Below are positions 1 through 9,599 of a DNA stretch of 64,000 bases, piece after piece. The notes under the pieces were generated by a model. That model made no database searches, was not told the origin of the DNA, and saw nothing but the letters and a program-made list of their open reading frames with translations. This DNA comes from Tubulanus polymorphus (lineage: Eukaryota; Animalia; Nemertea), in assembly GCF_964204645.1 (NCBI RefSeq), contig NC_134028.1, forward strand, positions 7,998,001 to 8,062,000. Direction: 5' to 3'. The position numbers and the translations under genes were made by a program. Position 1 is the stretch's first letter. Every line of letters begins with the position of its first letter.

Positions 1-684
1 ATTCTAATTTTCTTCGACAAACTTTGGTTTACTACTTGTTTCACTTTGGTTTTCTGCCAGAGAAAAGTTCGATAGCTGATCCTATATTACGTGAATTCAT
101 ATTGTTCTATGGAAGGGTTTTTTTTTCGATAAAAATTTCATTCGACGATTTTCCTTTTGATCATGTTTGTTATATATAATAAACTCATCGTCTTTCCAGT
201 AGGTATACGGTTTAACGTGCATGAGTGTAGAATTTTTACATGTTTTATTTAACAATTAGATTTTGAAAATACTCTAGTTCCAACTTGTTAATGGTCTTAA
301 TAATACATAACGCTGTAATGTCAAAGAGTGATGTGCCATCTACATTAATTTTTGTAACTGTCCATTATCAATGTTACTATCAATATTATTGTATGTTGTT
401 TATTCATGAATATTAATAAATTCATCTATATTTAACGAGTATTAAATATCTAGTTATTTACTTCACCAAGTGGACTTACAACTAGTGGTTCTACAGTCGA
501 AACTCTACTTAAGTCACGTTTTATTAGACAGAAATGACCTCAACCTCCTTGAAAAAATCCATGTATTTCCTTACTAACGAAAACTGAAAGCTTTGCATTT
601 AATTTTCATTTCTTAGTTTTCTTTTCATAATCTTATATAATACAAGTAGGTACATTATAATACAGATATTAAATGCATACATTC

Positions 685-3600
685 TCAACGACGACGACTG
701 CCTCCCCGACCTCTCGTCCCACCTCCCCGACCTCTTGTACCACCTCGACCTCTCATCCCACCCCCTCGACCTCTCATTCCATCACCACGACCTCCTCTCA
801 TCCCGCCTCCACGACCTCCTCTCGTCCCAGTTCCAGGTCCTTTCGTTCTTACTCCAGCTTGAACTCTGGTTCCTCTGTTGCTCGATTTACCTCTCATTTC
901 ACCTCTTTGTCCGCCTCTGCCGTTCAGTGATTTACCTCGCCGAGGAACACCTTTATTCGACATCTCCATCTTCAGTTTTTTATTGCGGTGAAGCGACGGC
1001 TTGCGAGGTGTCTGTTTTCGTTTCAAGCCACGCACGATATCTAAAAGATATAAACATTTCATTAACATTCAAAAGAAAAGTACAGTAGAACTCGCTTAAT
1101 TTTGATTTTCACTTAATTCGGATGAAATGTTTGGTCCATTTAACCTGGAACCATAGATTTTATTTAATTCAAAGAAATCTGGGCAGTCCCAAGTCATCTG
1201 AATTAAGAGTATTTTAAGTGAGTTCTATTGTAGAAACAATGCATCTTCGCACAGTCAGTGGCACTTGATGTAAAAGACAGATGCCAATCATTTTGACCTT
1301 GAATTTATTTTCGCTAACATTTCATCTAAAATCTCTGAATGCTACCATAGCAACAATTATGGTTTTTAATGAGCCATAGTCCCTGGGGTAGATAGGAAAA
1401 TTGGCACCAAAAGAATAGCTAGGGCAAGCCTCGCTAAGTTGCAACCTAAGAAGTTTTGATAAAATTCAACCTAGAAGATTAAATTAGCAGATTGATGATC
1501 ACTGTCTTGATATAAACCTCAATGGAAAGGTGGTGTTCCGGGTCACCGAGAACGCCCTAGATATGCTTGTATGATCATTATCTTTTTGAGGAGTACCTTG
1601 CATACAAACACTGGATCCTGCTATGTCTACATATTCATGCATAGGTAATGAGAATACACAATATCCAAGTCGGATGAATAAGTAGAAAAGGCAAGGTATT
1701 AGATGATAGCCAAAACGCTGCAGGATAAGATATTCTCACCCAACAAAACATTTCATCTTATATTAGGATTTATCGTGGGATTATCTACTTATGTTCATGC
1801 ATGCTTCACAGTTTTTATGAGCAGACGCACACATCTCAAACAGATCCACAGTATACAACATTTACCTTCATCGGGCTCTTCGCCAACTTCTTGTCTGTAA
1901 TATTCTACATCATCATCATCTTCCTCTTCAGCATTATTTTCATCATCAGCATCATCATCATCAGCATCATCATCATCAGCAATTTTGGTGTTATTTCCAG
2001 TATTATCTTCAGTATTATCTGAAAAGAACCAGAAACCAGTGTCTACTGTGCAAAATGATAACCGCAATCGCGCAAAAAACATCAAATTACCTTCATCTTT
2101 TTCTTCTCCATCCTGCTCAGCCTTTCTCTTCATTCCAGCTAATGCCTTCTCTTTAATCATCTCTTTTTCTAATTCTTTTTTCTTTACATTTTCCTTCTGG
2201 ATTTGTTTTCGTTTATCCTTCAATTTCCTATGGAAATACCCGCCAAAATATTCAGTCTTTTCAACCAATGTCTTAATTTTGAATTAAATAGCGAGCAATA
2301 TGTGGTTAGAGCATTGACTATGGGAAACCAGGTTGTGGGTTCAAATGTACATTACCATACTGTCCTCAAGGAAGACACTTATTTTCATTGCCTCTCTCCA
2401 CCCAGCTAGGAGCAAATGGATACCTGGCCCAATAGATGACTCGATAGAATGTTACTTCTCCCCAGGGAGAGATGAATGATAAATAGTTGGAGATAGAAGG
2501 TTGGGGCATAGTTGATTTGAGTTCTAAAAAGTTCGGGGTAATAATACCAACTACCGGTAATAAAAAGCGCCTTCGAACATTTGTGTCTCATGAAGAGGGT
2601 GCTATGGAAAATTTAATTGTTATATTCAATTGATCAAATAAGAATCAATTTTCCCATACTTTTTTTCTTCTTTAATCTTCTGCTGCAACTGAATTTCTTC
2701 GGGCGTTTTCGCGATGAAATCGTGGAAGATGACCTTCCCGTCGCAGATTCCCTCTTCTACTTTAATCAAGTGTAACGTCATTCTCGGCCCGATTTCAGTC
2801 AACCTGTTTAATCATTAAATAAATCTATAATAAGTACTGTTCCGACAAGATAGTAGTGTTAGTCAACGAAGACGGCATGTCTAACAGTTAATCACCTGAT
2901 TGCCGATTGTGATGCCCTTTTATTTCCTTTTCCGGGCATGTTTTGTGGAAGTACGATTTCATTGTGAGGACCATCTAATTCAACTTCGCTTTCTGATAGA
3001 TTCCCTCTGCAAAAGCAACCAAAAAATGCGAATTATTTCTTTGCCTTTATCTGCAATTTAACAGCTCTCAATCCAAAGTTCAGAGTGACAAACTTGGAAC
3101 AAATGCCATGTTGTAGAGTTCTCAGAGGAAACGAGCCATTGAATTCATCAGATATCAATTTGTAAGGCTGACATTTACATGAATTCAACCTATAAATACT
3201 GGGTACATGTATTTCCCAGTCTAAAATTGTGGGTTAAGTATAACTAATTATTTATTCTAAATCAATAATTACTTATTTTCTTTGTAATATGATCGTAACT
3301 ATGATGGTTGTTAGCCGGGTTAAGGGATAAAGATAATTTCGACATGCAGTCTTTGAAACCAGATTTTACTCTAACCACTTCGACATGATACCAGTACAAA
3401 TGTAATCACTATGGAACCATTATTTCAGAACCTAGTAAGACTACTGTATTCAAACTGACCTGAGAATAAACTCGCTGACATCTTCGTAAGCGCCTAAATC
3501 TGGCAACTTCGATTTAATCAGTTTTTTGACGCCACGACTCATTCCGACAGGCACAGCGCGAACATTACTGAAAATAAGGCAAATTCATTTTTACCAAGAA

Positions 3601-6600
3601 AGATAAATAATTGTCCGGAGAGATGGAAATGTTTGTATCACCGCGTAGAAATTACTTACTAATGACGAAGATCTATATTTTTTGTTTCAGGATCGTACTG
3701 CAACAATAACGTTCTTTTGATATCGGCTAATTTAACCTGTGTAGAATGACGATGAAAACTGTCAAGGCAAGACAAATATAAGAAATCCAACAAATTTGAT
3801 ATTTCAAACACGTTTGATATTGTGTTATTAGAGACACTGAAATCAGTCGCAGCCGTGTGAACCCGCAGATGAGTCGCTACGATTTCTCAGTCGCACTATC
3901 AAATCGCACGAAAAAAATTGCTTCTCCGCGCCAGTCTTAAAATGAACTGATTTTGGTGAACAATGATGGCCCCAGTCAAACATATCAAATCTCAGTTTTT
4001 GGGCTTTTTATGTGTCAAGATAGATGTATATACCAAATATCAATGCAATTCATTGAAACATCTTCGAAACTTCCCAAAATAACTGGATTCTGTCTACAAA
4101 CAGACAAATGATAATGATAAGTGAAGACAATAGCCCACTAAGATTTAAGTCGGAAGTGGGCTGAAAAGTATTCAGTTCTTGCGAGAGAATGGGTTTACAA
4201 ATAAATTGAGTTAAATCCGATCAAAGGCAGGAGTTCACTATATTTACAGTACAAACGAGGTCGAGCGGTATAGAATATCATCATTTACCTTATTGATATT
4301 GATCGACGGAAACATATTCTGAAACATCGTCGACATCAGTTTCAAGTGTAATCCTTCGCCGGTGAAATTGTTCATAACCAGTAACGGATGGTGATCGAAT
4401 TGTTTCGGATCGGAATAATGCCGCTTCAACGACGACACGATATCGCGACTCAGCGTATACTCCTGTATTTTAAACGTCAACGTCGGTCCGCGCGGCAGAC
4501 GCATTACTTTTAAATACATTCCGTTCTCGGTTTTCGTGAACGAGAGAATATTCGTGATGTTCAACGGTCCGGCCATCGATATGAAGTCTTTTAACGTGTT
4601 TTTCCGTCTCGCCTGTGAATGAAACAATGAATGAATTTGAATTACTGTTCCGCCTACCAGCTTTTAGTTATTTGCCGGGTAAATTATCCTCCGCATGCAA
4701 ATTCTTTTTGAAATGAATACTTTTATGAATTCGACTCCTTCCAAATAAAATTAAACTCTGTAACAGTGAACTTAACGGCAGCAGAAAACCAATCATAGTC
4801 TGTTTAGCTCAGTATATTTCATTATCAACATTATGAGCAAAATTTCAAACTTTTTAACCCTTTCAGTGCGGTGTACATATTGATGGACTTTGCTAATAAG
4901 TGTGGTGCATCAATGTAATGATCAAGTACTTTTTTCTCTATTGGAAGATGGTAGCACCCATCAAACATTGTGAAATATTGAAAAATAACAATACACTGCA
5001 CTGCAGTGTAGATGCACTACGACTGCATGCACATTCTATAACATACTGGGCTTAAGTTCTACAGTTTTCAATTTATCCCAGCAATTTTGGCAAAAAATTT
5101 GTCAACACCAAGGGGGTAAACTGGTAAATCATTGCACCAGAGTTCTCCACTATCAAGTAATTATGCAACCATTTTCTTTCCTGATAGCAGAACCTGGCAG
5201 GTAGATCTGTTGGAAGCTGAGCAGTATATTCCTTAGAAGAGGCGTGGAGTATGCTAACTTACTCTAAGGTTTCTCGCGCAGAAAGGTTCCATGATTCTCC
5301 GAGTATCGTCCATCAGTTCTTTGACATATTTGCCGACGACTCCTCTGTGTATGACGAATGCATGTGGCACTTTGCTGTATTCATCTTCCAACATTTGCTT
5401 CTGTTTTTCTTTGATTTTTATCACAGATTTTCCCACTTTCTTCTTCCCCTGAAAGAAACAATTTTGATGGGTCACCTTACGTTACAATGTCTTACAACAA
5501 AACCGAACATCTTAAGTCTTACATACAAAGCTCTTCGTTCAAGAAAGCACAATTTATCAGAATATGCATATCCAGTTGAGACTTGGTTACTTAAGTTTCA
5601 GGACCGAGCATTTACTTATACATGCAGGAAAAAATACATAAAGAGGACTATAATCACACTGCCGTAAATGAACTACAGCGGTCAGAGGGTTTACGACATT
5701 CGAAACTGCAGCTTGTTGAATGGCAGAAAATAAGGGTTTAGGGATTTGAGGGTTCGGGTCCTGAGGAGGGTCTTGTTTATGTGTCATAATAGTTAAGTAA
5801 GGCATAGGCTAAGGAAAAAAAATAGTTTTACATCAGCATCTGGCCTCATGAGAGCTAAAGACTAGTGGTTAGAATGCAGTGCTAGTATACTATCTAAAAA
5901 GAAGCGTGCATGTTCCAATCCCAATTTATGGCAATTGGTTATTTCTCAGAATGTCTCTAAGTCGTCATCATATGCACTGCCTACATCTAGCCAGTGTCAT
6001 TCATTTTTGTGGACGCACATGCAGAGTAATGGGCTCAAGCATTTAGTATTTTTTTGCCGACATCTATATATGATAAGACATACTAACAGAATTAATACAA
6101 TCAAATCATTTGATTAGGTATAGGGTTAGGGCTTCGATAGAGTTGGGGTCAAGACGGTTAGCTAGGATAGTTGAGCGCTAGTTAAAATATTGGTTGGGAT
6201 TCACCGAGCCTCTGTTGTGGTCAAGTGGAAAGACGCTGCACTAACAATACGTTGGCCCAGGTTTGAATACTGCTCTATGTCCGCTCCATTTTTTCTCCGC
6301 TGTTCTCCACTCCACACTTTCCTTGAATACTTTATAAGTTGCGCACTTTAAGCATGCGCAGCTTAAGTCAGCCAATCAGAACGAGTCATCGGCAAAATAG
6401 CAGTAACAGGAATAATGCCACGTCGGCAAAATATCACCTGCCTTAACTTTTTTTCACTCACACCCCATATTACTACAACAAGGACAGCAACAACACTCTC
6501 CAACTGAACAAATTACAAACGTTGTTACATCGTTGGAAGTGATTATTTAGCCGGATCCAATAAAATCATTTTATTATTGGGTTTAGGGTTAGGGTTTCGA

Positions 6601-7112
6601 TAGGGTTAGTGTCAAGAGGGTGAGAAGAGGGTCCAGAGGGTTCCGTTTCACAACTAGGGATAGGTTTAGGGTAAGGTGAGGCTATATGTAGTTAAAACAT
6701 TCGGGTGGTTTTCAGCGAGCTCGGTGGTCTATTGGGATGACGCTGCGCTAGTGTAGTAATTTACTGGCCCAGGTTCGAGTCTCGCTCTATCCGTGCTATT
6801 TTCTCAAACTCTGTTCTCCACACTTCCTTCAAATTTTCGAATTTCATGCGCAGAGTAAATCAGCCAATAAGAGACGATATCCGGCAAAATAGCGTTCGTT
6901 TAGAAGTCGGTGACCGGATCGGTGAAATAACTACTGCCTACGTAGTAGGCTACTACATCGTTTTTACTTTTATTAGGCCTGTGTTGTTGGTACTGATCAA
7001 ATGATGCGAAAAAGGTCCGCATTTAGTGCGACTTATTGTATAAAATGAATGAACTTCCTTTAATCGATAAGATTCTCAAATCATCTATCAATATACATAC
7101 TTTTCGCCCCAT
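685..7112 (-). CDS. PPAN: Peter Pan / suppressor of SWI4 1 homolog (Brix-domain 60S biogenesis factor), 10 coding exons
   Basis: GT-AG exons joining in frame: 7101-7112 (MGRK), 5263-5448 (..VPHAFVIHRGVVGKYVKELMDDTRRIMEPFCARNLR), 4289-4612 (RRKNTLKDF..RLPRGPTLTF..PLLVMNNF..MFQNMFPSIN), 3660-3736, 3460-3567, 2896-3006 (LSESEVELDG..QSAIR), 2660-2803 (LTEIGPRMTLHLIKVEEG, Brix motif), 2091-2227, 1866-2018 (acidic, EYYRQEVGEEPD), 685-1040 (basic RGG tail). Motifs are characteristic of SSF1/PPAN. Confidence 0.95.
1081..1232. mobile_element. Tc1/pogo-type MITE
   Basis: TA-flanked inverted ends (tacagtagaactcgcttaa ... ttaagtgagttctattgta). A related copy lies at about 26454-26605. Confidence 0.65.
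2300..2620 (+). mobile_element. tRNA-derived SINE, degenerate
   Basis: A/B-box-like head (tgtggttagagc..gggttcaaat), central ctctctccacccag..aaatggatacc block, and 3' aaagcgcctt..gtgctat tail typical of metazoan SINEs. Confidence 0.55.
6110..6940 (+). repeat. two diverged tandem copies of a composite repeat (TTAGGG-like array + tRNA-like segment + ggcaaaata..ctgcct end)
   Basis: Copies at about 6110-6442 and 6578-6940 share tagggttaggg, gagc..gtggtc..gacgctgc..ggcccaggtt(t/c)ga, ttctccac, cagccaat and cggcaaaatagc in the same order. Confidence 0.65.
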
Positions 7113-8029
7113 TATGCCGAAGAATTTAAAGTTTCACGTGTATTTTTGTTTCGAGGGATTACATTTGTCAGAAATCGAAGGTAGGTCATGTATACAAGCC
7201 GGATGACGGCTATGGACGTAGTGGAATGGCTTCCCAGTTTGGCCATCCTCGCTTGCCAGGGTTCCGGTATCGCTCCCTGAACTCGCTTCCACCGAGTTCG
7301 GGGCTTCCATCACTGAGTTCAGGAAACGGCATACGACAGATGAAGATGCGGTTTGACGGCATCAATAAAGTCACATAGTCTCTAAAAACATTCCCCATAT
7401 GTTTATCAAAAACGAATAAAGGCGAATTTATCGAAACGTACCTATCCCCGTTGACGAGTATAGGGTACTCAATTCTGAGTATCCTTTGTGTTTTGTTGAT
7501 TTAATAGGCTTTTTTTTATCATAACCGGGATAACTGGGGTTGGTCATTAATATTGGTTTCATTCATTCATTGTGACAATTGTGCCTGATGGCAAGAATAT
7601 TTAGATGTCAGTGAACCGTATCTAGGCACTGATTTTTACATTTTTAGATTGGAAATATGCTACTAAACTGATTCTAGATTTTAATTGGCTTGGAAAAAAT
7701 AATTTTATTTGAACAGTTCTGTCGGGGCATACGCATATGTTTGGTATGGGATGATTTAGATAATTCTAAAGTTTGCTCTTGGCCGAACGGTACCGGTTCA
7801 TACGTCACACTTTCCGTAAATATCATGGCTGTTCATTCATTTATCAAAAATTGAAAGTGTTGAGTGTTGAGTAAAATCTGGTACGTACCACTAGTGGACA
7901 TGATGACTGACAGATTTGTTTTTGAAATACAGACGTTCAATTCCTGTTAGGCTGGTATACCAGGTGTAAAAAAGTAGATTTTCCATGGCTTATAGAAAGA
8001 ATGTATTCTCATTGAAAAGCGCATATGTA

Positions 8030-8390
8030 TTATGGGGAGGTCGATCCTTGGTTCAATCCCTTGTATCGCCTAACATTTTTGGGAATAACATTTTTTGGGA
8101 GTTTCACTGCTACTATCGTACTACAGTGGAACCTCGTGGGACGAAATTCTGACATTTGACAACATAAACTCAGTTGTTTGTTTCATCGAAACCTTTACGA
8201 TGGTCTTTCGAACAAAATTTAAAAATATTCACGAAATTCTCGTCCTAGTAGAATGTATATGTAAAAGTTAACGGCATAGTTACACAATTGATACTGAATT
8301 ATTACATCGAAAATAAATTCTCTGTATTCCTGAACAATCGATAGAAATACTGGAAATGCCGATGGAAGTGTGAATATGATGAACGCAAGA
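8030..8390 (-). pseudogene. partial duplicate of the GPCR 3' end (TM6-TM7) and its downstream flank
   Basis: 8150-8385 aligns by eye to 12922-13165 (minus frame AFIIFTLPSAFPVFLSIVQEYREFIFDVIIQYQLCNYAVNFYIYILLGREFREYF). 8030-8140 is a deleted version of 12625-12800. Confidence 0.85.
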
Positions 8391-8430
8391 GTCAACCTCT
8401 TTGCATGTCCTAGTACAGTCAGGGTATTTG

Positions 8431-8464
8431 TTCCTCGAACCGGATTTGAACCAGCGACCTAAGG
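8431..8464 (-). pseudogene. tRNA-Tyr 3'-half fragment
   Basis: Minus strand reads CCTTAGGTCGCTGGTTCAAATCCGGTTCGAGGAA, matching the 3' exon of eukaryotic tRNA-Tyr. No 5' half is visible. Confidence 0.65.
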
Positions 8465-8469
8465 TGCAT

Positions 8470-9018
8470 AGTCCAATAGTAACACCCAACAAGAAAATTA
8501 ACTTTAATAAATTATTTGACGCCTGCGAAAAAAATGTAGAATTTCTGGGAGAACCTAATGTGGAATTGCAAATTTGAAATAGAAGTTTTAAGAAATTTGG
8601 GGAATTATGAGATTTGGTGATTGGGTAGATGATACAGTCTTCAACTGGTCTAATTTTAAAAAAATTGTCAACTTGTGACCGACTTCGATTCACTTTTGCC
8701 TCTAAGCTGGTCTGCAACTTCATTGCCTCCATGGTTGAAGAAAGAGTTCTTTGGATGTTTGCTTCATCATGACGTTGAGCATATCGTGTAGCCAGCCGGC
8801 CCGGTCCTGGGGCCCGGTTTGGCTGTCACTCGATATCCTAGACTTGAGTCTGGGTTGAAGTAGACATTGTCATTTAAAGAACTTATTCATATGTTATTCT
8901 GTATGAATTAACCGTGTGTCTTGTATTTTGTATTTTCTTATTTTAAGATTTGTAAGTTTTTTAAATTTTATCCCGGAATTTCAATGTAATAAGGATCAAT
9001 AAAGTATTGAATTGAATT
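8470..9018 (+). mobile_element. probable 3' fragment of a non-LTR retrotransposon
   Basis: Ends in ggatcAATAAAgtattgaattgaatt (polyA signal plus 5-mer repeat tail). A similar tail occurs at about 41760-41790. Clade not assignable. Confidence 0.45.
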
Positions 9019-9599
9019 GTCACCTTATAAACATGCCATCAATGGACGCGGAGCCGTATATGACAGCTATGCTATTATAAATTGCTAATCTCATGAAACT
9101 TGCATACCCCTTATATCGAACATATTTTCTAAAACATTTGAACATTGAAATTATATGTTAACACGTTTTTATATAGACCGCTTGTAGCCGCCGATGAAAT
9201 TCACGCCGGCCCTACTCAGATCGTAGATAGCTTCGTCATTCCACTAGCATCCCCATGTCAGGGTCTGACTTTTATATCAGACTTCCAAATCGTGTATACA
9301 TCCGCCATTTAACCGAATAATCCGATTTACTTATCATTTCTATTTATGCCTGCCGCTCCTGATATAATCATACATCCTTTACTACTACAATACGTCTTCT
9401 CATGATATTCAATGCAATATAACATTTCGACGTTCAAATAGACGTCATTATATAATCAAAGGGAGCCATTCTACATCTTTATCAATAATATTTTGCCAAA
9501 TAGCTTGTATGTGTACACATAAACCTGTGACGTTTTGCACATCGATTTACGGTTGTCGTATGTAAAATGACGCTGAATGGTTAACATTGTTTAGGTTTC

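Noticed and set aside
1498-1617. Possible extra PPAN exon after an AG at 1618
   Set aside because: Runs into a stop and shows no PPAN-like sequence; exon 1866-2018 joins 685-1040 in frame without it.
3080-3150. C/D-box snoRNA candidate in a PPAN intron (minus: TGATGA..CTGA..CTGA, about 70 nt); vertebrate PPAN hosts snoRNAs
   Set aside because: C box lacks the leading purine, there is no terminal stem, and no rRNA-complementary guide was recognised; the sequence could be a TE fragment. snoscan/Infernal would settle it.
8428-8450. tRNA-Tyr complement as a BEL/Pao primer-binding site
   Set aside because: The match runs 34 nt, lacks TGG, and there is no adjacent LTR or gag; better explained as a tRNA fragment.
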